Part shown: positions 35,725-44,574 of the stretch, piece after piece
Layout: every line of letters starts with the position of its first letter
Position numbering within the stretch: the stretch's first letter is position 1
Assembly: GCA_946409305.1 (NCBI GenBank)
Contig: CAMJVU010000002.1
Location: 451-64,450 of the forward strand
Source: an uncultured Cytophagales bacterium
Lineage (GTDB): Bacteria; Bacteroidota; Bacteroidia; Cytophagales; Amoebophilaceae
Direction of reading: 5' to 3'
DNA: 64,000 bases
Position numbers and translations under genes: made by a program
The notes under the pieces: generated by a model
Databases searched by the model: none
The model's input: only the letters and a program-made list of their open reading frames with translations
What the model was told of the DNA's origin: nothing

Positions 35725-38205
35725 TTACATTCTATTGTTTTTTAATAGATTATCTTTCAACCATTCACTAAAAAATGGAGCAAACGGATTCATTATTACT
35801 GCCGTCTTATATAAACACTCGTACAAAATATTAAACGCAATCATTTGATCCTCCTTATTATCGTTTCTAGAAAAACGCTTTCTATTTATTCGTACATACC
35901 AATTACTTAGATCATCAATAACAAAGTCATTTATTAGACGTATAGCTCTTGTTGGATCGTAATTGTCTAAAAATTTATCCACATCTTTTATGACAGTATT
36001 CAATCGTGATAAGATCCACTTGTCGATATGACACAGTTTGTTTTGTTTAAATGCAGAAGATACCACATCCGATGTGTTAGTATCATTTGAGACCCAACTA
36101 TTGTCTACTTCAATATCATTCGAATTAGAATAAAGCGCATAGAAATTGTAAGTATTAAAAAGTGTTATGAAAAACTTACGGACAACTTCTTCCACGCCTA
36201 AGACGTCAAATTTGAGATTTTCCCATGGATCTGTGTTGGATATCATGTACCATCTAACCGCATCTGATCCGTACTTGTTTATCAAATCAAATGGATCTAC
36301 ACTATTCCCCAATCTCTTAGACATTTTATTGCCATTTTTATCCAACACTAACCCATTTGAGACGACGTGTTTGTAGGATATATTGTCAAAAAGCATTGTA
36401 GACAGAACATGTAATGTAAAAAACCATCCTCTAGTCTGATCTACTCCTTCACAAATAAATTCTGCAGGAAAACATTTATCAAAATCATCTTTATTCTCAA
36501 ATGGATAATGATATTGTGCAAAAGGCATACATCCGGAGTCAAACCATACATCCAACACTTCTGGTACTCTATACATTTTCTTACCATTATCGCCAACCAA
36601 TATGATTTTATCAATGAATGGTTTATGAGAATCTCTAACAATTTTTTTATTAATATCCTCGTTAATATTATTTAATTTCTCATTCGCTAACTTTATTTCA
36701 TTTTCTAGTTCATCAAAAGAACCTATACATTTTATATCCTTACCATCTTCTGACATCCATATTGGAATAGGTGTTCCCCAAAATCTATTTCTACTAACAT
36801 TCCAGTCAACTAAATTTTCTAACCAGTTAGCAAATCGCCCACTTCCAGTACTTTCTGGATGCCAATCGATTTTTTTGTTCAACTCTATCATTCTGCCCTT
36901 AACTGACGTGGTTTTTATAAACCAAGCCTTCAAGGGATAATACAGCAATGGTTTATCAGTTCTCCAACAATGAGGATATGAATGTTCATGTTTCTCACTT
37001 CTAAAACATAGTCCAACCTGTTTTAATTTTTTTACAATTTCAACGTCAACATCTACAGTTTCATCTGGATCATCATAATACGCTTTTTTTACATAACAAC
37101 CAGATAAATCCGTTATCTCTTCTACGTATCTACCTTGTTCATCAACAATTGGGACTTCGACACCATCTCTAATCACGACAATATCGCAAATATTAGATTC
37201 TTTAGAAACTCTTCTATCATCTGCCCCAAATGATGGAGCTATATGTACTATCCCGGTTCCATCTGTTGTTGTTACATAATCTGCATTTATGATTTCAAAA
37301 GCTTTACCAGTTGATTGTACATATTTGAACAGCTGTTCGTATTTTCTACCAACCAGATCTGCCCCTTTATATTGACCAATAACATTATATTCCTTTTCAC
37401 TGTCAAAATATCGTTGCAGAGCCTCTTTGGCCAATATAACGTTTATAACATCTCCAGAATACTTGTTTTTGCAATTTATTTTTACGTAGTCGATATTTTT
37501 ATTGACTGCTAGAGCACTGTTGGCAGGTAATGTCCATGGTGTAGTTGTCCAAGCTATGAAATATGTATTTGCCTCATCTAAACATTTGAACATTGCTGTT
37601 ACTGTTAGATCTTTTACTAATCTATAACATCCCGGTTGATTCAATTCGTGTGAACTAAGACCAGTACCCGCTGCAGGAGAATACGGTTGAATGCTATAAT
37701 CCTGATAGACGTATCCTTTATCGTAGAGTTGTTTAAAAGCCCACCACTCAGATTCTATATAATTTTGATCGCAAGTAATATATGGATGATCTATATCCGT
37801 ACAATAACCGTGTAATAAAGTCAGTTCTTTCCATTTATCGGTATATTCGTTAACAGACTCATGACATTCCCTATTATACTCTTCAATGGATATAGTCTTA
37901 CCGATATCTTTTTTGGTGATACCTAATTGTTTTTCTACTTTTAACTCGACAGGAAGACCATGTGTATCCCACCCACTTTTATTAATCACGTTGCATCCCT
38001 TTAGGTATTTATATCTGCAAAATATATCTTTTAACGTTCTAGAAAGAATGTGATGTATTCCAGGTAATCCACTTACTGAAGGTGGACCATCATAACATGT
38101 TATTGTCAACTTACTTTTATCAAATTTAAATTCATCATACTTATTTCCTTCAATGTATTGTTTATTAATTTCTGTCAGATTCAATTGCTTAAATACCTCG
38201 CACAT
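35725..38205 (-). CDS. ileS: Isoleucine--tRNA ligase, type 2 wording, unusually short (826 aa)
   Basis: GPPSVSGLPGIHHILSRTLKD (HIGH region), GWDTHGLPVE, WTTTPWTLPAN (editing domain) and KMSKRLGN (KMSKS). Confidence 0.9.
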   Translation of the reverse strand: MCEVFKQLNLTEINKQYIEGNKYDEFKFDKSKLTITCYDGPPSVSGLPGIHHILSRTLKDIFCRYKYLKGCNVINKSGWDTHGLPVELKVEKQLGITKKDIGKTISIEEYNRECHESVNEYTDKWKELTLLHGYCTDIDHPYITCDQNYIESEWWAFKQLYDKGYVYQDYSIQPYSPAAGTGLSSHELNQPGCYRLVKDLTVTAMFKCLDEANTYFIAWTTTPWTLPANSALAVNKNIDYVKINCKNKYSGDVINVILAKEALQRYFDSEKEYNVIGQYKGADLVGRKYEQLFKYVQSTGKAFEIINADYVTTTDGTGIVHIAPSFGADDRRVSKESNICDIVVIRDGVEVPIVDEQGRYVEEITDLSGCYVKKAYYDDPDETVDVDVEIVKKLKQVGLCFRSEKHEHSYPHCWRTDKPLLYYPLKAWFIKTTSVKGRMIELNKKIDWHPESTGSGRFANWLENLVDWNVSRNRFWGTPIPIWMSEDGKDIKCIGSFDELENEIKLANEKLNNINEDINKKIVRDSHKPFIDKIILVGDNGKKMYRVPEVLDVWFDSGCMPFAQYHYPFENKDDFDKCFPAEFICEGVDQTRGWFFTLHVLSTMLFDNISYKHVVSNGLVLDKNGNKMSKRLGNSVDPFDLINKYGSDAVRWYMISNTDPWENLKFDVLGVEEVVRKFFITLFNTYNFYALYSNSNDIEVDNSWVSNDTNTSDVVSSAFKQNKLCHIDKWILSRLNTVIKDVDKFLDNYDPTRAIRLINDFVIDDLSNWYVRINRKRFSRNDNKEDQMIAFNILYECLYKTAVIMNPFAPFFSEWLKDNLLKNNRM

Positions 38206-38300
38206 ATAATTTAAGTAGAATAAAGATGTGACAACTTTTAAATATTGAGACTTTGTTGGATGTCTTGCATTTTATGTTATTTGGAACAAAATATTGACTT

Positions 38301-39275
38301 ATGGTAAAGAAAAAGTTAAGTATTGTCATCTCATTTGTTTCATTATTAGTTTTGTTTATCATCTACAGTAAAAGATTTGATGTATTCTTTCGTGGGAACA
38401 AAATTGATGTATTAAATAAACAAAAATCTATAATTCCAGATCTAATGAGTTATAAAGATATTGTCTATGTTATTGATGAACATGATGAAGATCTTAAAAA
38501 ACAGGGATTAATTAAAATACTTTACGCAAAAAACGAATTGCACAATGATCACGTTTATAAGGATACATCTTGGTGGCAAACCTTAGTAGTAGAAAAAAGT
38601 AAGAAACAAGATTTTTTAGACACTTTACAGTTTCATTTTTCTGATTGTTGCAAGAACAAGAATCCACGTAAGGCAGTAACCCCAATATACAAAAAATGTC
38701 ATAAAGAATGTAAAATGCAGGAATACGAAACGTTCTTTTTAAATAACCAAAATGTACATTGTACGTTGGACGAAGCAAAAGAAAGTATTTTAAAAAACTT
38801 TTTTAACAATGGTCGACATAAGAGAAAAACCAAATGGGAAGATTTTTTTGAAGTAATATACAGAAAGTTCAAAAATCAAGATGGATCACAATGTTTCAGT
38901 GAAGGAGAAAATGTAAATAGCCAATACACTTACTTGTATTTACTTACAAAAGAATATATGTATGAGCTTGGTTTTAAAATATCAGGACAGATATTATTTC
39001 TGATACGTGTTAATTTAACAAGTGATGTAAAACATTTTAAAATTTATAAATCAATAAAGAAACACTATAAAGATTTTGATAAAAGAAACAATAATTATGA
39101 AATACCATTTGACTACATCTGGCAACACAATTTTGAAAAAGATAAAACTACTACTAGTTACTCCGGAACAATAACTTTTGAGGAGCAATTATGTACCGAT
39201 ATTTACAAAGCCTTCAAAAACGAAGAAACAGCGGGGAACATCTCAAAACGATATTCTGACAAATACTTACTTTAA
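38301..39275 (+). CDS. Hypothetical membrane-anchored protein, no recognisable domain
   Basis: 324 aa with N-terminal TM LSIVISFVSLLVLFIIY. Lys-rich, with scattered Cys. Confidence 0.5.
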   Translation: MVKKKLSIVISFVSLLVLFIIYSKRFDVFFRGNKIDVLNKQKSIIPDLMSYKDIVYVIDEHDEDLKKQGLIKILYAKNELHNDHVYKDTSWWQTLVVEKSKKQDFLDTLQFHFSDCCKNKNPRKAVTPIYKKCHKECKMQEYETFFLNNQNVHCTLDEAKESILKNFFNNGRHKRKTKWEDFFEVIYRKFKNQDGSQCFSEGENVNSQYTYLYLLTKEYMYELGFKISGQILFLIRVNLTSDVKHFKIYKSIKKHYKDFDKRNNNYEIPFDYIWQHNFEKDKTTTSYSGTITFEEQLCTDIYKAFKNEETAGNISKRYSDKYLL

Positions 39276-39289
39276 GTTAGAAAAAATCT

Positions 39290-40579
39290 CTATTCGCTCT
39301 TTTTCGTTACAGTTACAAAAATCCACTCAGGACAACCTCCACTGAATTGTAACGTATCTCCAAAATTCTTCAAGAAATCACGAATTTCTCCAACCTTAAC
39401 AGATACATCTCGATTAGAATCTAAGTTATAGAACTTTCCAGACTTTGGGTCCTTAACAACAGCAGTATAATGACCACTTTTGAAAATCGCCGAATTAAAC
39501 TCAAAGTTATAATTATCGAGAGACTTCTTTACCTTATCAAACCCCTCCTTCAAGTTTCCTATCTTACCATCTATATTGCTACTATTAATTTCATCGATAG
39601 GTCCAAATTCCTTTTTATACTCTTTAAAAACAATATTCCGAATATCTTCTAATACCATCTTATCTTCACTGAAAAACAAAATATTAAACGCACTATTTCC
39701 ATTTGTACTCCCCAACTTGTTAATAAAACGAAAATAAGGATGGGCAACTTGTACATCAAAATACTTCGCACCATCCAATGTATATTTTTCTACACGTACA
39801 GGATTTTCTCCAAGAAACTTTGAAATAGAATTATCTAAAATTTTATCTAAAATAAAACTACGTGGATTATCAATGGCTATCTTATTGAAATATGTACTAA
39901 CTTTGTCTTCTAAGGACTTATCAGTAAGTTCATACCTAAAACGAAAATATCCCTCAAGAAAACAGAAAGACATGACTTTACCCATTTGTTTCGTAGCATA
40001 ATAATCACGAGCAAGAAAATAATAGGCGTCACATGCTGGGTGAGGACTATCTTTAGTTCTCTTCTCAAAAAAACTAGCATAATGTCTCAACCCATGTTTA
40101 TATAACATTTCATAATGCTTCCTGAAATCAATATTGTAATTCCCATTTTTATTTCTCAATTCTTCGTATATATCCTTTATCATCTTCAAATTTAGATTTT
40201 TTTCATCATTATCGTACTTGTAATTCTTTATAAAATTCTGATAAGCAGGGACATTTAATAACGCAAGTATTGGAGCAATTAACCAACAACAATTGTATCT
40301 ATCCATCATGTCAGTACCATAATTCTGTAAGAAACTACAATTCAAGAATTCAAATCCATCATTTTTCAGGTTTTCACCCCAATTTACCTCCCCCAAAGAT
40401 CCTGATTCCAACTGAGAAGGATTACTCCCTGACACCACCCCAACACTCGAACGACACACCACAGACTCTTCAAAGGACCCCACTCGAGACATACCACACT
40501 CGTAACAAGAAATAAACAACGGAGAAATAAATAAAATAAACCTCCACACACTCTTATCAAAACTAATCATAATACCCAC
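39290..40579 (-). CDS. Divergent USP/UCH-like (C19) cysteine protease, third copy
   Basis: Signal with FISC. Degenerate Cys box DRYNCCWLIAPILALLNVPAYQNFI and His box FKSGHYTAVVKDPKSGKFYNLDSNRDV. Confidence 0.6.
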   Translation of the reverse strand: MGIMISFDKSVWRFILFISPLFISCYECGMSRVGSFEESVVCRSSVGVVSGSNPSQLESGSLGEVNWGENLKNDGFEFLNCSFLQNYGTDMMDRYNCCWLIAPILALLNVPAYQNFIKNYKYDNDEKNLNLKMIKDIYEELRNKNGNYNIDFRKHYEMLYKHGLRHYASFFEKRTKDSPHPACDAYYFLARDYYATKQMGKVMSFCFLEGYFRFRYELTDKSLEDKVSTYFNKIAIDNPRSFILDKILDNSISKFLGENPVRVEKYTLDGAKYFDVQVAHPYFRFINKLGSTNGNSAFNILFFSEDKMVLEDIRNIVFKEYKKEFGPIDEINSSNIDGKIGNLKEGFDKVKKSLDNYNFEFNSAIFKSGHYTAVVKDPKSGKFYNLDSNRDVSVKVGEIRDFLKNFGDTLQFSGGCPEWIFVTVTKKSE

Positions 40580-40650
40580 ACAGTAGTAATATACGTCAAT
40601 TATTGTACATCCAGTTTATGCACACGTTAAAGTGTTTTGTTATTATGTCA

Positions 40651-41427
40651 CTACATCTGATTCATACTTTTACTTTTACTTTTACTTTTACTTTTACTTT
40701 TACTTTTTTTTCGTGGTAAATCGATGTCAATCTTCACATCAAAAGTTCCCTCAAATAGCCATGTTCTACCAAAGAAAAATTCCAATGATGTAAAAGCTGA
40801 AAAACCTAAATTTTCCCATTTCCCTTTTATTAAACTTCCTACGTCAATTGTTCCCCAATTAATTCCCCAAGTAAAACTAGTTGGAGAAACACTTTCAAAA
40901 ATAGTAAGTTTCAAATTCATTCCTACCTTTTTAGGGTTGCATTCAAATTGTGAATTAACTAACACATCATCTGCGACACTCAACCACATCAGATTAATTG
41001 TCAACCTTCCTAAATAGCATTTCCTATCAACATAATCATTATTTCCTTCATTATTGTAACTCCAACAAATTCCCCACCCAAATTGAAACAACGGAACACT
41101 ATTCTTATCAAAACCAAAAGGAACATAAAAGTCCCCAATTAAAGTAAAACTACTGACCCATCCTCTCCGTTTAGTAACCCAATATTTGTGTAAGATGTTA
41201 ATTTTGAAAATGTATAATATTTGTGGAGGCATTTTGATGTTTGTACCACAAAATGCATCAACAGGGGCCATAAGTAAATTAAACGGAGTTGGCCCTGCGG
41301 TTATAGACAAAGATCCAAAATCTTTTTTTTTCGAATATTTACCTAGTCTTTTATGTCCTTCCTTGCTACTGTAACTATTTTGGATATTCATGTTTAAGAC
41401 AGCAACAATGATAAAAAACAACTTCAT
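40651..41427 (-). CDS. Small beta-barrel OMP-like protein, family member P3, with C-terminal (KS)7 tail
   Basis: Family motifs LSITAGP, FQFGWGICWSYNNEG...RKCYLGRLTINLMWLS, GMNLKLTIFE, WGINWGTIDVG and FFFGRTW, then KKSKSKSKSKSKSKS. Confidence 0.75.
   Translation of the reverse strand: MKLFFIIVAVLNMNIQNSYSSKEGHKRLGKYSKKKDFGSLSITAGPTPFNLLMAPVDAFCGTNIKMPPQILYIFKINILHKYWVTKRRGWVSSFTLIGDFYVPFGFDKNSVPLFQFGWGICWSYNNEGNNDYVDRKCYLGRLTINLMWLSVADDVLVNSQFECNPKKVGMNLKLTIFESVSPTSFTWGINWGTIDVGSLIKGKWENLGFSAFTSLEFFFGRTWLFEGTFDVKIDIDLPRKKSKSKSKSKSKSKSMNQM
40666..40707. repeat. Hexanucleotide microsatellite (ACTTTT)x7, coding (KS)7 on the minus strand
   Basis: Read directly; seven perfect units followed by a T run. 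Confidence 0.95.
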
Positions 41428-41460
41428 TACTTAATTATAATAATTGAGCATAGTTAGATT

Positions 41461-43233
41461 ATGAAGTCTGAAGATATGATGGTGCGTTCAAGGATTGTAT
41501 TTATAAGTTTCCTTATTTTAGCTATAGTCATCGTGTGGAGACTTCTAGATGTCGGGTTAATACATAAAACCAAGTTTCGGATGGCAAACAAGGAGATAAC
41601 ATTTGCCGTGAGAAACGTACCTGCAAAAAGAGGAAATATATATTCGAGTGATGGTAAATTATTAGCCACGTCTTTGACGTTTTTCCGTTTATCGATTGAT
41701 CCTACAATTGTTGACAAATCTCTTTTTGAATCGTATGTAGATGAATTATCTTCATGCTTGAGCATAATATTTAAAAACAAAACAAAAGAAGAATACATTA
41801 GTAAGATTAAAAAAGCCAGGAACAGTGGTAAACACTATTTGCAACTTGGTGATCGACCTATTTCATTTGATGAGAAAATAGTGTTGGACAAAACCAGAAT
41901 AGTAAAACTTGGTCGCTATAAAGGAGGTATTATATTTACTCCATTTGATAAGAGATTTAATCCATTTGAGAACCTTGGAAGTAGAGTAATTGGATACGTC
42001 AATGATAATTGTGGTGTTGTGGGAATTGAAAAAGAGTACGACGAATATCTTCGAGGACAAGATGGTAAAGCTTTGTTTCAACATATGGCTGGAGACTTTT
42101 GGCAAATTACACCTAGTCAAGATAATTATAATCCAGTGGAAGGGTGCGATATTATAACAACAATCAATTCAAATATAGAAGACATTGTCCATGATTGTCT
42201 CAAAAGAACTTTAATAAAAACCAAAGCAAATTATGGCAGTGCTATAATCATGGAAGTCAAAACAGGCGATATAAAAGCGCTAATAAACCTTTCAAGAGAT
42301 AAAAATGGTAAATATTCAGAGTCGTACAATTATGCAATGGGGTCATATGGTTCAAAAGAACCAGGATCGGTATTCAAATTATTATCATTCCTTGCCTTAT
42401 TTGAGGAGACTAACCTTCAACTCAACGACACCGTTGATACCGGTAATGGAGTGTACAAATTTGCCAATATATACATGCACGATACTCACCAATTTGGGAA
42501 GATTACTGTTAAAGAATCTTTTGAACACTCTTCTAATATTGCTGTTGCTAAATTGATCAATAATGCATTTGGGAACAATCCTAACAAATTTTTAAATCAT
42601 ATTAGAAGATTTAAACTTGACAAACCACTTGGTTTGTTTAAATACGGTGAAGCAGTACCATATGTAAAAAAATACAAAGACCGTAATTGGACAAGCGTTA
42701 CACTACCATGGATGGCAATGGGATATGAAATAAAGTTATCACCGATACAGATAATAACACTGTATAACGCAATTGCTAACAATGGAGTAATGATCAAACC
42801 TAAATTAATACAGTCAATTAATAGAGGAAATAGTTTCATAAAAAATTTCGAAACGGGAATTATATGCGATAAAATATGTTCTGATGCCACTTTGATAAAA
42901 TTAAAAAAATTATTAAAAGGAGTTATTGAACGTGGAACTGGTAAACGTTTTAATGATGGGATATATTCACTTTCTGGTAAGAGTGGAACTGTGAATAAGT
43001 TAATAAATGGGAAATATAGTAATAATACGACAACTACATTTGCTGGTTATTTCCCAAGTGAAAAACCAAAATACAGCTGCATTATTGTAATTGATGATCC
43101 CAAGGGCAAAGAATATCACTTCGCAGGTCAAGTGGCAGGACCTGTATTGTATGAAATAATGAATAAAATTGCTGTAAAAGATAGAGAAGGAAGTGAAACT
43201 ATAATGATTAATAGGAAGTGTATAGAAGAATAG
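41461..43233 (+). CDS. ftsI: Penicillin-binding protein, class B transpeptidase (FtsI/PBP3-like)
   Basis: N-terminal anchor, then GSVFK (SxxK), HSSNIA (SxN) and GKSGT (KSG). Confidence 0.85.
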   Translation: MKSEDMMVRSRIVFISFLILAIVIVWRLLDVGLIHKTKFRMANKEITFAVRNVPAKRGNIYSSDGKLLATSLTFFRLSIDPTIVDKSLFESYVDELSSCLSIIFKNKTKEEYISKIKKARNSGKHYLQLGDRPISFDEKIVLDKTRIVKLGRYKGGIIFTPFDKRFNPFENLGSRVIGYVNDNCGVVGIEKEYDEYLRGQDGKALFQHMAGDFWQITPSQDNYNPVEGCDIITTINSNIEDIVHDCLKRTLIKTKANYGSAIIMEVKTGDIKALINLSRDKNGKYSESYNYAMGSYGSKEPGSVFKLLSFLALFEETNLQLNDTVDTGNGVYKFANIYMHDTHQFGKITVKESFEHSSNIAVAKLINNAFGNNPNKFLNHIRRFKLDKPLGLFKYGEAVPYVKKYKDRNWTSVTLPWMAMGYEIKLSPIQIITLYNAIANNGVMIKPKLIQSINRGNSFIKNFETGIICDKICSDATLIKLKKLLKGVIERGTGKRFNDGIYSLSGKSGTVNKLINGKYSNNTTTTFAGYFPSEKPKYSCIIVIDDPKGKEYHFAGQVAGPVLYEIMNKIAVKDREGSETIMINRKCIEE

Positions 43234-43317
43234 AATATTAAGAGTTCGAAAAAAGATTTAATTACATTATTTATCTTATTTACAAAGCAGTTGTTCGGTT
43301 TACAACTATATAAGAAT

Positions 43318-44574
43318 ATGACATTTGATGAAATGAATTTAAAGCCAGAGATAAAGACTTCTTTGTCAAGGTTAAAGTTCACCACCCCTACAGATATCCA
43401 ATCTAAGTCAATTCCAGTAGCACTTGAAGGTAAGGATATAATAGGTTCGGCCCAGACAGGAACTGGAAAGACGTTGGCATTTTTATTACCTATTGTATCC
43501 GGTTTATTGGATAACAAAGATGGCAAGGCACTTATTGTGGAACCAACAAGAGAATTGGCACAGCAGGTACTCAATAATGTACGAAAGCTATTGGACAAAG
43601 ATATTTTTGTTAAATATGTTTTGTTGATCGGGGGAGAACCGTTTTTCCCACAAACACGGAATTTGAAACATAATCCTAGACTCATTATTGGAACGCCAGG
43701 ACGTATAATAGATCATATTCAACGAGAATCTTTGGACTTAAGTCAATGTAAATACCTTGTTCTAGATGAGACTGACCGTATGTTTGAGATGGGATTCTAT
43801 GAACAATTGGAAAAGATATTTGGTGCCATTCCAGAAGAAAGACAAACTCTGATGTTCTCAGCAACATTTCCTAAGGAAGTAGAACGTTTGGCATTACAAC
43901 ACATGCACAATCCCGAGCGAATATTTGTGCAAAATAATGAGCAGGCCAACGTAATAGCAGATAATTTGGTTCAAGAAGAAATAAGGGTAGACTCTAAGAG
44001 TAAGTATTCTGAATTAGTTAATCAATTAAATCAAAGAGAAGGAACCGTAATAGTGTTTGTAAAAACTAAGGCTGATGCCGAATATATAGCGAATAAGTTA
44101 TTCAAGGATGGTTTTACTGCCTGTGCAATGCACGGAGATTTGAGGCAAAGAACAAGAGAACGAAACATAAGAGACTTTAGAAGTGGAAGATATAGAATAA
44201 TGGTGGGAACTGATGTTATAGCTAGAGGATTAGATGTTCCACATGTAAAACATGTTATCAATTACAGCATTCCTCTTGCACCTGAAGATTACATACACCG
44301 TATTGGACGTACTGCCAGGGCCGGAGCTGATGGATACGCTGTTAGTTTTATATCAGATGAGGATAAGAGACCATGGCAGGCTATACAGGAAATGTTACAT
44401 CCAGAGCTTAAAAAGGAAAGAATTAATGAAAATGAAAAACGGAGATTTGGAAGAGGCGGAAAAAGATTTAGTAAGTTTGGTGATAAACGATTTGGAAATA
44501 GAAAGTTCAGAAATTTCGGAGGATATCACAAACCTACCAGAAAATACAACAATTATAATGATGATACTTTATGA
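43318..44574 (+). CDS. DEAD-box ATP-dependent RNA helicase (motif II reads DETD)
   Basis: Q-motif region FTTPTDIQ, AQTGTGKT, PTRELA, VLDETDRM, SAT, HGDLRQRTRE and RIGRTARAG, with a basic RG/K-rich tail. ATG 43318 is preferred over track TTG 43291. Confidence 0.9.
   Translation: MTFDEMNLKPEIKTSLSRLKFTTPTDIQSKSIPVALEGKDIIGSAQTGTGKTLAFLLPIVSGLLDNKDGKALIVEPTRELAQQVLNNVRKLLDKDIFVKYVLLIGGEPFFPQTRNLKHNPRLIIGTPGRIIDHIQRESLDLSQCKYLVLDETDRMFEMGFYEQLEKIFGAIPEERQTLMFSATFPKEVERLALQHMHNPERIFVQNNEQANVIADNLVQEEIRVDSKSKYSELVNQLNQREGTVIVFVKTKADAEYIANKLFKDGFTACAMHGDLRQRTRERNIRDFRSGRYRIMVGTDVIARGLDVPHVKHVINYSIPLAPEDYIHRIGRTARAGADGYAVSFISDEDKRPWQAIQEMLHPELKKERINENEKRRFGRGGKRFSKFGDKRFGNRKFRNFGGYHKPTRKYNNYNDDTL

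Noticed and set aside
40666-40707. Possible CRISPR-like or non-coding repeat arrays (also 54121-54168 and 33552-33791)
   Set aside because: All are contiguous tandem repeats without spacers. They lie inside ORFs and keep the reading frame, encoding (KS)7, (KEPV)4 and a 40-aa duplication. No cas genes are present.
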